Origin: Gammaproteobacteria bacterium
Lineage (GTDB): Bacteria > Pseudomonadota > Gammaproteobacteria > Eutrophobiales > Eutrophobiaceae
Assembly: GCA_965261165.1 (NCBI GenBank)
Contig: OZ253445.1
Coordinates: forward strand, 973,987 to 1,037,986
Direction of reading: 5' to 3'
Length of the DNA stretch: 64,000 nucleotides
The first letter of the stretch is position 1. The number at the start of each line of letters is the position of its first letter. The notes below the pieces were generated by a model. It was not told where the DNA came from and ran no database searches. It saw only the letters and a list, made by a program, of their open reading frames with translations. Made by a program: the position numbers and the translations under genes. This document shows, piece by piece, positions 8,323 to 19,504 of the stretch.

Positions 8323-9324
8323 CTACTGAACCGTCAAGGTACCACCGCCAGCAGCGTCAATTGCATTCCTTGTATTAAGCGAACATATTATGCATCCTTC
8401 AGAAGCCGATTGATTATTCTTTCCATTATCTCCATGCATTAAAAATGAATTTGGATCACGTGTTGATGGGAATTGATTATTACTTGGTGTAGGCATCAAC
8501 GGTAATGACTGCAAACCCGTTTTAGGATTATCAACACCAGTTCCAATATCATAATCTCCACGCGGGATAGGCCCTACATTAGGAACATTTTGTTGTAAAG
8601 GATCGTTTGTTGCTCCTGGTGCACCAGAGTAACACTGCTCATTTACATCCTGATTGCCTGTACTATCGTTGGTACAGATTAACTGACCACTAGCTTGATC
8701 GTAAGAACAGCTAACGGTTAATCCATTTATATCAACTCCAATAATTGGATTTTGATTCACATACCCATAAGTATTCATCCCGCCAATAATACCAATCGGA
8801 TCACTGGTAATATACCTGCCTAACTCAGGATCATAATATCTAAAGTGGTTGTAATGCAGATTAGTCTCCGCATCATAGTATTGTCCAGGAAAGCGAAGGT
8901 TGACACTGACACTGCCTGATGCTGGGGTATTCCCAAACGCCTCACCTTCCCAGCGCCAGATGACTTTACGTGTTGCATCGGTGGCGAGTCGGTTGGTCAG
9001 CAAATGGTCGGTGTGGAGGTAGATGATGCCTTCTGAGGGCATCCCTGCCTGTACAGGCATGCTGGCATCGATCTGTGCCACTGGATGCAGGCCTTGTTGC
9101 CAGATGTAATCTTTGATCAAGGCACCGGTCTCGGTGGTCTCGGTGATGAGATAACCCCGTTGGTCATAGTGATAGATGGTAATACTGTCTATGCTGATGC
9201 CATCACCTTGATAGACAGTCTTTCTGGTTCTCTGTCCGCTATCGTTATAGAGATAACTCATCTTGCAGCGGGTGCCTTGGCTTTCGGTAAAGCTACCGTT
9301 GCTTATGTTGCTATTTAAAACCAA
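8323..9324 (-). CDS. Orphan Rhs C-terminal module: YD-repeat core tail + toxin domain with YkuD/L,D-transpeptidase-like motif
   Basis: YD repeats, then DPIGIIGGMNTYGYVNQNP, then C-terminal domain containing FLMHGDNGKNNQSASEGCIIC, which resembles the L,D-transpeptidase catalytic HG...S.GC(I/V) signature; TTG start; no N-terminal Rhs portion. Confidence 0.65.
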   Translation of the reverse strand: MVLNSNISNGSFTESQGTRCKMSYLYNDSGQRTRKTVYQGDGISIDSITIYHYDQRGYLITETTETGALIKDYIWQQGLHPVAQIDASMPVQAGMPSEGIIYLHTDHLLTNRLATDATRKVIWRWEGEAFGNTPASGSVSVNLRFPGQYYDAETNLHYNHFRYYDPELGRYITSDPIGIIGGMNTYGYVNQNPIIGVDINGLTVSCSYDQASGQLICTNDSTGNQDVNEQCYSGAPGATNDPLQQNVPNVGPIPRGDYDIGTGVDNPKTGLQSLPLMPTPSNNQFPSTRDPNSFLMHGDNGKNNQSASEGCIICSLNTRNAIDAAGGGTLTVQ

Positions 9325-10164
9325 AGAATACTTTCCTAGTTATGTTTCCTGGTCATGTTCTAAACTCCTTTTCAATTAAATAATTCTGTCACCTTTTTCG
9401 GTGACAATCAATTAGTCGTGGTCTGTCTCTGGTTGTTTGATGAATGGGATGGATGATTGACGGGGTATTACCTGCCTCCGTGACTGAACATCGTATTGAA
9501 AATATTTATGTCTTGATGCTAATGCATGGTAACCACCAATCTGCTTGTCTTTGAATAGGTCATTTGCTGGTTCTGGTGAACATAAAGAGAAAATTGCTAA
9601 TGAAACAGAAAAGTAATTGTAATAAGGCGCAGGAATTCATCAACTACAGATGAATTTGTTTAGAAATTGAGCCATTTATCTCAAGAATTGTCTATCGGTC
9701 AGTCGGACGGGACACCTTAAATTTCATTCAACAATACTAATTTAACAATATTAAGATAAATTCCAATATTAAGATAAATTCCAATATAGTGACTACTGAA
9801 AAAATACACAGCGTGAACCATCCGCTAGCACGTTCTTATTTTTTATCATAATTCTCAATGATATAACTCGCCAAGAAATTCCCAGTGAGTACAGACAAAA
9901 CAAGAAAGGGAAGCGGGTATTTTGATGGATTACGCCCTAGATCGTCAATGTAATTAGTATAATAAAAGCAATACATTCCAAGGCTTACATTTACAGCACA
10001 AATCACCCTGTGATTAATCCAGCTCTCATCAAAAAAACTTAAGTAATTTGTTCGTCACTATTTAACCAATGCAATAAACGATCTTACAGGCAATTATCCG
10101 GTTCCGGCTGGCAATTCGGTGCACTTGGATTTATCTTACAATCTAATGAAGCGGCATTCGCATT

Positions 10165-10320
10165 AGAAATGCCAACTTGCAATCGTGCCGCCACTGATTA
10201 ATAAATCCAAGCCTAAGGCATCAATAACACGAACTGGGTCGTTCTCGCCGAGATAATCCTCTAGCCGCTCTGAGAATAACAGTTGTTGCTGGCGATTTAA
10301 TCCGCGTATGTAATCACTCA
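10165..10320 (-). mobile_element. IS1182/IS5-like transposase N-terminal fragment (remnant)
   Basis: Minus-strand translation MSDYIRGLNRQQQLLFSERLEDYLGENDPVRVIDALGLD matches the conserved N-terminus (LLPxxLDDYIxEDNPVRxIDAFVD) of this transposase family; about 50 aa only. Confidence 0.5.
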
Positions 10321-10478
10321 TAAAGCCTCTGTTTAATGATTAGAATCAGTTAGTTATGTTTGTTATTGTATCATAATTGGGCTAGGGTTTGGAGGTTTAT
10401 GCGTCCAAGTTTTCAGGTATTTTGCAGGGGCGGTGTATTAGCTTGAAATGCCAGCAACGTCGGTAAATTAGGGCAGTA

Positions 10479-10841
10479 ATGAGAATGCGCATAGGGGTAG
10501 TGGGTTTGTTGCACAGTCTCTTGGCTGGAGTCACGCTCGAAGACTTACCTTATGAAAAATTCATCAAACTTTATGACAAACCAAGCACGCTATTTTATTT
10601 AGATCCGCCCTACTATCATTCGGAATCATGCTACGGTGCTAGCTTATTCAGCAGAGAAGACTTCATGCACATCAGAGATATGCTTAGCGAGATAAAAGGG
10701 CGTTTCATCTTGTCGCTCAACGATGTTCCGGAAATACGCAAACTATATAAAGACTTCAATATTGAGATAGTCGAGACTAGATACACAATCAATGTAAAGG
10801 GGAAATCCCCAAAAAGAAACGAACTTCTCATCTCGAACTAA
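10479..10841 (+). pseudogene. Dam-type N6-adenine DNA methyltransferase, C-terminal half only
   Basis: FYLDPPYY (DPPY motif IV) and downstream region collinear with the E. coli Dam C-terminus; SAM-binding N-terminal half absent or frameshifted upstream. Confidence 0.55.
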
Positions 10842-10949
10842 TGGATATATCTCTAATCAAGAGCGTATTACCGACCAGAGGAGCAAACTAAAAGGCCTGC
10901 TGCTGACTAGAACAAACAGGGCTAGGGAGCAATACTTAGCCAAGAAAAC

Positions 10950-11046
10950 GAGCTAAAAATCCCACGAAATCCCAGGGTAATCCCACATAATCCCGTCAAC
11001 ACTTGTTTGATTTTGATTCCGTTTTATTCCGTTTTATTCCACTGCA
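10950..11046 (+). repeat. Iteron-like short direct repeats (AATCCCA x4 at about 10-11 bp spacing; ATTCCGTTTT x2.5)
   Basis: aaatcccacgaaatcccagggtaatcccacataatcccgtcaac ... gattccgttttattccgttttattcc. Confidence 0.4.
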
Positions 11047-11093
11047 CAACGATGTTTCGCACTTTCCCCTACCTATCTTTCACATTCCTCTAG

Positions 11094-12014
<921 letters not shown>

Positions 12015-12118
12015 TCATCGACCCTATTTATTCAGGTCTATTTCTTTGGTCATAGGATGGCAAGTCTTGGGTCAAGAGGTTATAATTTTTTTTCAGGATA
12101 GCGGGCATTATAAGAGTA

Positions 12119-12712
12119 ATGGTGAATAGAAGCGCAACAATTAAGCGAAAAACCAATGAGACTCAAATTGAAGTTAGCATTGATCTCGATGGAACAGGTG
12201 AGGCAAATCTTGAGTTAGGCGTGCCTTTTCTTGAGCACATGCTGGATCAGGTCGCTAGACATGGCATGTTTGATTTAAGCATCAAGGCAAAAGGCGATTT
12301 AGAGATTGATGCACATCACACTGTAGAAGATGTAGGCATTACTTTAGGTCAGGCCTTTACAAAAGCATTGGCTGACAAAAAAGGTATCCGTAGATATGGC
12401 CATGCCTATGTGCCTTTGGATGAAGCCTTATCGCGTGTCGTTCTGGATTGTTCTGGTAGACCCGGCCTAGAATATTCTGCTGAATATCCGCGCGCTCGGG
12501 TCGGGGACTTTGATCTCGACCTGCTTTTCGAATTTTTTCAGGGCTTTGTCAATCAAGGCATGGTGACTTTACATATTGATAAGCTCAAGGGACGCAATGC
12601 ACACCACATTGCCGAAACCATATTCAAGGCCTTTGGCCGTGCATTACGCATGGCCGTAGAACCTGATCCAAGAATGCAAGGTATATTACCTTCTACCAAA
12701 GGTACTTTATAA
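12119..12712 (+). CDS. hisB: Imidazoleglycerol-phosphate dehydratase
   Basis: 197 aa, IGPD motifs ([30 protein letters not shown]). Confidence 0.9.
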   Translation: MVNRSATIKRKTNETQIEVSIDLDGTGEANLELGVPFLEHMLDQVARHGMFDLSIKAKGDLEIDAHHTVEDVGITLGQAFTKALADKKGIRRYGHAYVPLDEALSRVVLDCSGRPGLEYSAEYPRARVGDFDLDLLFEFFQGFVNQGMVTLHIDKLKGRNAHHIAETIFKAFGRALRMAVEPDPRMQGILPSTKGTL

Positions 12713-12743
12713 ACCGAATGCTATGACCCAAACGCCATAACAA

Positions 12744-13394
12744 ATGAGTAAAGTCGCTATCCTTGATTACGGAACCAGTAATCTGCGTTCTGTTGCCAAA
12801 GCCCTTGAGTTTGTTGCGGGGTCTCAACATGACATTCTCGTCACCGATCAGCATCAGGATATCCTCGCGGTTGATCGTATTGTTTTCCCGGGGCAGGGAG
12901 CGGTGGGTCAATGTATGAAAAGTCTTAAGGAATCTGGTCTTGATGAAGTAATTAAAGAGTGCATTAACAACAAACCCTTTCTGGGTATTTGTCTGGGCCT
13001 GCAATCATTGATGCAGGAAAGCGATGAGGATGGTAGAGTCGCTGGTCTAGGCATCATCCCCGGCAAAGTCATCCGTTTCCCAGATAATATCAAAGATGAA
13101 CATGGTGATATTTGTAAAATCCCGCACATGGGCTGGAACCGTGTCGTCCAACAAAAACCACATCCCTTATGGAAAAATATTGAAGATGGTGCTCGCTTCT
13201 ATTTTGTCCATAGTTACTATGCGCAAACAGAGAACGATGAAGATATTGCAGCTAAAACAAACTACGCCACTGAGTTTATTTCAGCAGCCGCCAGAGATAA
13301 TGTCTTCGCGACACAATTCCACCCCGAGAAAAGTCAGTGCGCAGGATTAACCTTGCTTAAAAATTTTTTGTCTTGGGACGGTAAAGATAACTAA
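12744..13394 (+). CDS. hisH: Imidazole glycerol phosphate synthase, glutamine amidotransferase subunit
   Basis: 216 aa class I GATase (GICLGLQ, FHPEKS). Confidence 0.9.
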   Translation: MSKVAILDYGTSNLRSVAKALEFVAGSQHDILVTDQHQDILAVDRIVFPGQGAVGQCMKSLKESGLDEVIKECINNKPFLGICLGLQSLMQESDEDGRVAGLGIIPGKVIRFPDNIKDEHGDICKIPHMGWNRVVQQKPHPLWKNIEDGARFYFVHSYYAQTENDEDIAAKTNYATEFISAAARDNVFATQFHPEKSQCAGLTLLKNFLSWDGKDN

Positions 13395-13399
13395 AATCG

Positions 13400-14677
13400 T
13401 CACCGGCTAATGGCATGGTGCCCAATGTCCTTTCGATAAAACATTCCATCCCAGTTGATCTTTGCCACTGCCTGATAAGCTAACTGCTGTGCCTGCAACA
13501 CTGTTTCACCAAGTGCTGTCACACACAAAACACGTCCACCTGCTGTTATCACATCATTATCTTGTTTTGATGCTCCGGCATAAAAGACTTTCGTTGTCTC
13601 TGGAAAGTCATTATTCAGTCCTGAAATTATATCGCCTTTGCTAACGCTAGCCGGATAGCCCGCCGATGCCAACACAACTCCTAGGGCAGCTCGTTCATCC
13701 CAGTTTGCTGTCACTTCATTCAATCTTCCATTCAATGCTGATTTGCACAGATCAATCAGATCGCTTTTCAAACGCATCATAATGGGTTGCGTTTCCGGAT
13801 CACCAAAACGGCAATTAAATTCCAGTACCTTGGGTGTGCCATCTGCAATAATCATAACGCCTGCATAGAGAAACCCGACGTATTCACGACCTTCTTCGGC
13901 CATGCCTCTGATCGTAGGTTCGATCACTTCACGCATAATACGATCATGCATTTCATCTGTGACCACGGGCACTGGAGAATATGCGCCCATGCCTCCTGTG
14001 TTGAGTCCTTGATCGCCTTCATCTCTTGCCTTGTGATCTTGAGAACTCGCTAATGGCAAAATATTTTTACCATCGGACATAACGATAAAACTGGCTTCTT
14101 CACCCTGCATGAACTCTTCGATAACAACACGATGCCCGGCATCACCAAACTTGTTTCCAGTCAGCATATCCTTAATAGCAACAATGGCTTCATCCTCTGT
14201 CATTGCAATAATGACGCCTTTGCCCGCAGCTAGGCCATCCGCCTTGACCACAATTGGCGCACCTTTTTCTTTCACGTATGCTTTTGCGGCACCGATTTCG
14301 GTGAATACCCGATATTCCGCCGTGGGGATATTGTGTTTTTGTAAAAAGTCTTTACTGAAGGATTTCGAACCTTCAAGAATTGCTGCTTTTTTTGAGGGAC
14401 CAAAACAGGCCAGACCAGCTTGTTGGAATTCATCGACTATACCGTCAACTAGTGGAGTTTCCGGACCAATGATGGTGAGGTCTATTTTTTCATTTTCGGC
14501 ATAGGCTTTCAGTGCTGAAATATCTTCAGCACCAATATTGATATTACTCACTTTATCTTCACTAGAAGTTCCAAGATTACCCGGCGCAACAAATACCTGC
14601 TTCACCCGATCTGACTGCGCTGCCTTCCATGCCAAAGCATGTTCCCGGCCACCACCACCAACAATTAATACTTTCAT
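13400..14677 (-). CDS. purD: Phosphoribosylamine--glycine ligase
   Basis: 425 aa, ATP-grasp PurD. Confidence 0.9.
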   Translation of the reverse strand: MKVLIVGGGGREHALAWKAAQSDRVKQVFVAPGNLGTSSEDKVSNINIGAEDISALKAYAENEKIDLTIIGPETPLVDGIVDEFQQAGLACFGPSKKAAILEGSKSFSKDFLQKHNIPTAEYRVFTEIGAAKAYVKEKGAPIVVKADGLAAGKGVIIAMTEDEAIVAIKDMLTGNKFGDAGHRVVIEEFMQGEEASFIVMSDGKNILPLASSQDHKARDEGDQGLNTGGMGAYSPVPVVTDEMHDRIMREVIEPTIRGMAEEGREYVGFLYAGVMIIADGTPKVLEFNCRFGDPETQPIMMRLKSDLIDLCKSALNGRLNEVTANWDERAALGVVLASAGYPASVSKGDIISGLNNDFPETTKVFYAGASKQDNDVITAGGRVLCVTALGETVLQAQQLAYQAVAKINWDGMFYRKDIGHHAISR

Positions 14678-16240
14678 TTAATGCAAAAAATGTCTCATGC
14701 CAGTAAACACCATGGCTATGTTTGATTCATCCGCGGCTACAATCACTTCATCATCACGCATAGAGCCACCTGGTTGAATAATCGCCGTCACACCCACTTT
14801 TGCAGCTGAGTCTATCCCGTCCCGAAATGGGAAAAAGGCATCCGAGGCCATTACTGAACCAGCAATCTCAAGACCTTCATCTTCCGCTTTGATCGCAGCG
14901 ATACGCGCACTGTAAACCCGACTCATTTGACTGGCGCCGATACCCAATGTTTGTTTCTCTCTGGCATAAACGATGGCATTCGATTTCACATATTTCACGA
15001 CCTTCCAAGTAAATAGCAGATCTTCAATTTCTTTTTCTGTCGGCGGGCGTTTACTGACGATCTTCAGATCGCCTCTTTCAATAATGCCTCGATCATTATC
15101 CTGTATCAGTAAACCACCACTCACCCGTTTCATTATTAACTGCTGTATCTCATGCTCTCTTATGCCGGCTTCAAGAATTCGGATATTCTCCTTGACAGAA
15201 ACAATATCCAGTGCTTCTTGACTGATAGATGGCGCAATAATGACTTCGACAAACTGCCGATTAATAATTGCTTTAGCTGTTGCTGCATCAAGCGGACAAT
15301 TAAATGCAATGATGCCTCCAAAGGCAGAAGTCGGATCTGTCTGATAGGCATGTTCATAGGCCTGAAGGGCATTATCACCCACAGCAACACCACAAGGATT
15401 TGAATGCTTCACAATCACACAGGCAACTTCCTCATAAGATAATACACATTCAAGCGCGGCATCAGTATCAGCAACATTATTATAGGAAAGTACCTTGCCC
15501 TGTAATTGTTTTGCTCCAGCGAGTGTCCCTGAAGGTGGATTTGGCTGTCCATAAAATGCGGCACTTTGATGTGGATTTTCGCCGTAGCGCATGTCTTGAA
15601 TCTTCTTGAATTGTGTTGAGAAAGTCAGTGGATAATTCAAGTCATCACCCTCTGTCGTAATAGCACTCAAATAATTTGAGACGTTGGCATCATAGTTTGC
15701 CGTATGTGCAAATACCTTTTGTGCCAGAGAGAATCGTGTCGCATCAGTTAATGCTCCCTCATTCGTATCAATTTCATTAATGATATCTTTATAATCAGAT
15801 GCATTGACAACAACACCTACATAGGCATGATTCTTTGCCGATGAACGCAACATTGTCGGACCGCCGATATCAATATTTTCAATAGCATCGGCTAATGCGC
15901 AATCAGCTTTATTCACTGTTACTTCAAACGGATAAAGATTAACAACCACAAGGTCAATCGGATCAATATTGTTTTCGGCCATGACCTTATCATCTGTGCC
16001 ACGCCGACCCAACAAACCGCCATGAATTTTGGGATGCAATGTCTTGACTCTGCCATCCATAATTTCAGGGAAACCCGTATGATCTGAAACCTCAACCACC
16101 TCAATACCATTATCTGCAAGAAGACTGGCTGTCCCTCCCGTGGATAAAATGATGATATTGCGACTTACCAATTGACTAACAAATTCAACGATGCCAGTTT
16201 TATCAGAAACGCTGATAAGTGCTCGTTTGATTTTGTTCAT
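14678..16240 (-). CDS. purH: Bifunctional AICAR transformylase / IMP cyclohydrolase
   Basis: 520 aa, MGS-like + AICARFT domains; stop abuts purD start. Confidence 0.9.
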   Translation of the reverse strand: MNKIKRALISVSDKTGIVEFVSQLVSRNIIILSTGGTASLLADNGIEVVEVSDHTGFPEIMDGRVKTLHPKIHGGLLGRRGTDDKVMAENNIDPIDLVVVNLYPFEVTVNKADCALADAIENIDIGGPTMLRSSAKNHAYVGVVVNASDYKDIINEIDTNEGALTDATRFSLAQKVFAHTANYDANVSNYLSAITTEGDDLNYPLTFSTQFKKIQDMRYGENPHQSAAFYGQPNPPSGTLAGAKQLQGKVLSYNNVADTDAALECVLSYEEVACVIVKHSNPCGVAVGDNALQAYEHAYQTDPTSAFGGIIAFNCPLDAATAKAIINRQFVEVIIAPSISQEALDIVSVKENIRILEAGIREHEIQQLIMKRVSGGLLIQDNDRGIIERGDLKIVSKRPPTEKEIEDLLFTWKVVKYVKSNAIVYAREKQTLGIGASQMSRVYSARIAAIKAEDEGLEIAGSVMASDAFFPFRDGIDSAAKVGVTAIIQPGGSMRDDEVIVAADESNIAMVFTGMRHFLH

Positions 16241-16295
16241 AAAATTAGGTGGCTCTGAGATAACTATTGATGATATTGGAATAATCCCAACTGCT

Positions 16296-16580
16296 TTATT
16301 CCAGATCGTACTTCTTTAATTTTTTACGTAAAGTTGCTCTGTTGATGCCTAATATTTCCGCAGATTTTGTGATGTTTCCTTGCGTCTGTTTCAAAACAAC
16401 TTCAAGCATAGGCCTTTCAGTCTGGGATAACACAAGCTCATAGAGAGCGCTTGGATCGTGACCATCCATATCTTCAAAATAAAGTTCTAGAGCACTTTCT
16501 ACACAATGCTGTATAGATTGAGTACGTTTCCCTTTGTACTCTTTTTGTGATGTTTTTTTACCACTCGGCTTAACCATCAT
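16296..16580 (-). CDS. fis: DNA-binding protein Fis
   Basis: 94 aa, C-terminal [27 protein letters not shown]; 4-nt overlap with dusB. Confidence 0.9.
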   Translation of the reverse strand: MMVKPSGKKTSQKEYKGKRTQSIQHCVESALELYFEDMDGHDPSALYELVLSQTERPMLEVVLKQTQGNITKSAEILGINRATLRKKLKKYDLE

Positions 16581-17563
16581 GCTGCTAATGCTTCTCCATT
16601 ATTTATCGCACTAAAATAATTATTTGTCACGAGCAATTGTTTCTTGATACTCTCTAATTTATTAACCCTGCTACGCAATACCTCTCCATTTTCGAGATAT
16701 TTGCTGTAACAGCCAACATGTTTTCGTGCGACACGTACACCTATGTATTCACCATATAATTCGTACAGACTGTATAGATGCTGCAGCACAACTTGTTGAA
16801 CCTCCTTAGTGTCTGGCCTTGATAAGCGGATACCTATTTTCAGGAAATAGCTAATTTCATTGAATATCCATGGATTTCCCAAAGCAACTCGCCCTAGCAT
16901 GATGCCATCTACCCCCGTTATATGTAAGACCTCCACAGCTTTTTCTGGCGCTGTTATATCACCATTGGCAATCACTGGAATTGAAACATTATCTTTTACT
17001 TGTTTGATTGCTTGATATTCCGCTTCGCCCTTGAAACCACAAGCGCGGGTTCTGCCATGCACTGTCAACATTTAAATGCCTGAATTTTCTGCAATCTGTG
17101 CGATCTTGACTACATTCTTATTTTCTTTGTTCCAACCTGTCCGCATCTTCAGTGACACTGGCATATCCACCGCATCGACCACACTTTGCAGTATTTTTGT
17201 GACCAGTTTCTCATCCTGCATAAGTGCTGATCCAGAAAATACATTGCAGACCTTCTTGGCTGGGCAACCCATATTGATATCAATGATTTTTGCGCCGAGA
17301 TCAGCATTATGCCTGGCTGTATTTGCCATCGCTTGTGGATCTGCGCCAACAATCTGTACCGCACGAGGGGTCTCTCCCTCATAGTGATTCAGTCTTAATT
17401 GCGATTTTTTAGTGTCTCGGTATACTGGATTGGATGCCATCATTTCAGACGCAGCAAGACCCACGCCGTGCATTCTGCATAGCTGTCGAAATGGTTTATC
17501 TGTCACCCCCGCCATAGGCGCAAGCAACAGATTGTTATCGAGTGTGTATGAACCTAATCTCAT
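16577..17563 (-). pseudogene. dusB: tRNA-dihydrouridine synthase B interrupted by in-frame TAA (split into 163-aa and 164-aa ORFs)
   Basis: ...KIAQIAENSGI*MLTVHGRTRACGF... versus E. coli ...CGIQALTIHGRTRAC; the stop replaces the conserved Gln codon (CAA to TAA) and is followed immediately by ATG (TAAATG at 17069-17074). Confidence 0.8.
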
Positions 17564-17635
17564 TTCCTGACCGCTTCTAATTATTCTGGCGGTTATTTTG
17601 ATTGGGGACGGGAATCATAACATGACAACAGATGA

Positions 17636-18538
17636 TTAGAGGAAATGAAATTCGAAACTGACTGCACTTTCTGCCGGCGCAACCACTTCTAATACGAAAT
17701 GAATTGGTGATTCTGGCACCATTCCCGCTGGAATATCAACGCTCTCATTCAGATACTCTCTTGGCTTAAATTCCCTGTAACCAATGACTTTGCCGCCAGT
17801 ATTGAACAGAGCAAGCTGAATCCGTGGGAATGGCTGAATGGTTGCCGATTTATTTGCCATGGTCGCATTTACCAACAGCCTACCCTTATCCTCGTACAAT
17901 GGGTGATTTCGCACATCACGGTTTAACAGTTTAATGGCGCTGATATCCTTGTACCTAAGTACTTGGCACTGTAGCCTGTCGCAAATTTTTCTGGCAACAG
18001 GGCCTAATTGTGAGTAACGCAACAATAATTCATCTCGGTTAAACCATGCCAGCTGCGCAATAATGCTGATCAATAACAATAATACGCCAATTCCCCAGCT
18101 TATTGTCGCCAATATATTTCGCTTTATCGGCAGGTCTTCACGTAATTCATTAGGAATGTCTCCAAGAATCTCATATGGGTATTCACTCAGAAAGTCTATT
18201 TCCTCGCTATTCGCTATCTTAGAGCTAGCCTTCTTGTCAGACTCACCTTCATCAGGTCTATTTTCATTAGGGATTACAAATTCAGGCTCTTCATTTAAAT
18301 CCGCTCCTACCAATGAATTTTTTGCAGTCACATAATCAAATTTAGAACTCATTTTATCAGGCATTAGTGGAACATCGCTCAAGCGAGAAAGTGCGTTAAA
18401 TTCATGGCCACAGACCCCACACCTAACCCGACCATCGGCAATGGATAATTGCGATGCTTGAATACGAAATTGTTTCAGGCAACTGGGACAAGAGGTAAAC
18501 ATCCTTCCAGTTAACGATGGTGATTCTGAGTTTTGCAT
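17636..18538 (-). CDS. MJ0042-type zinc-ribbon / DUF3426 domain protein
   Basis: 300 aa, N-terminal CPSC...CGVCGH zinc ribbon, central TM; conserved position between prmA and dusB. Confidence 0.6.
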   Translation of the reverse strand: MQNSESPSLTGRMFTSCPSCLKQFRIQASQLSIADGRVRCGVCGHEFNALSRLSDVPLMPDKMSSKFDYVTAKNSLVGADLNEEPEFVIPNENRPDEGESDKKASSKIANSEEIDFLSEYPYEILGDIPNELREDLPIKRNILATISWGIGVLLLLISIIAQLAWFNRDELLLRYSQLGPVARKICDRLQCQVLRYKDISAIKLLNRDVRNHPLYEDKGRLLVNATMANKSATIQPFPRIQLALFNTGGKVIGYREFKPREYLNESVDIPAGMVPESPIHFVLEVVAPAESAVSFEFHFL

Positions 18539-18569
18539 TAATCTTTGACTACAGAATTATCTTGAACAT

Positions 18570-19451
18570 TCATTTTCTAGTTCCGTGCAGTAATGACCAC
18601 TCTTGTTTGAATATAGGCTCATCCATATTAAACCAGCTTCGATATGCCTCCAAACATTCCTCGGCCTGGGTCGATAATAAGCCAGATAGCACCAGATCTC
18701 CTGCTGGCAGCACCAATTGTGAAAATAGACTGGCTAATTCCTGTAATGGATTCAACAAAATATTTGCGACTAGAATATCCACAGCCGGTAGCCGAATATT
18801 ATCAGGATGCGCTATAACCAAACGATCAGTAATTCCATTTCTTTTTGCATTTTCTTTGCTGGCTTGCAAGGCTTGTGAATCAATATCGACCGCATAGACT
18901 TTTGCCGCGCCAAGTTTTATAGCCGCCAACGCCAGAATGCCAGAGCCACTTCCAAAATCAATGACGATTTTATCTTTGATATCGTTTCCGGCTAACCATT
19001 CAAGATGGGCAGCAGTCGTTTCATGTGCGCCGGTACCAAAGGCCAGACCAGGATCAAGGATAATGTGAGGAATATCATCGCGCGGTAGTTCACACCAGCT
19101 AGGACAAACGCATAAGTGATCTGCAAATATTTTTACGCCGTGAGCAGATTTAAATTCGTTAACCCAATCACGATCTTCCAACATTGCTATCTCATGCTTG
19201 CCGATCTTGCCCTCACCAACACGATTACGCAGGCACACGAGCAATGTATCCAGATCGGTATCTTCATGAAGTAGAGCCATAACTTGTGTTTGTTGCCACA
19301 ACACCAGATCTTTTTCTATTGCCTGACCAAATATTTTTTCATTATTCATCGCCGTTAGGCTAATAGAAACTGCGCCGAATTGTTCGAGGAGTTCAGATAA
19401 CTGCTCAGCACTTTCAAGATCACTTTCCAGTATAAGCTGCAACCAGGGCAT
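18570..19451 (-). CDS. prmA: Ribosomal protein L11 methyltransferase
   Basis: 293 aa, PrmA family, SAM motif DFGSGSGILA. Confidence 0.9.
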   Translation of the reverse strand: MPWLQLILESDLESAEQLSELLEQFGAVSISLTAMNNEKIFGQAIEKDLVLWQQTQVMALLHEDTDLDTLLVCLRNRVGEGKIGKHEIAMLEDRDWVNEFKSAHGVKIFADHLCVCPSWCELPRDDIPHIILDPGLAFGTGAHETTAAHLEWLAGNDIKDKIVIDFGSGSGILALAAIKLGAAKVYAVDIDSQALQASKENAKRNGITDRLVIAHPDNIRLPAVDILVANILLNPLQELASLFSQLVLPAGDLVLSGLLSTQAEECLEAYRSWFNMDEPIFKQEWSLLHGTRK

Positions 19452-19504
19452 ATTTAGGGTAACTCTATAAATTCCGGGCGAAGTAGATTGATAAATGTGA
19501 CCTT

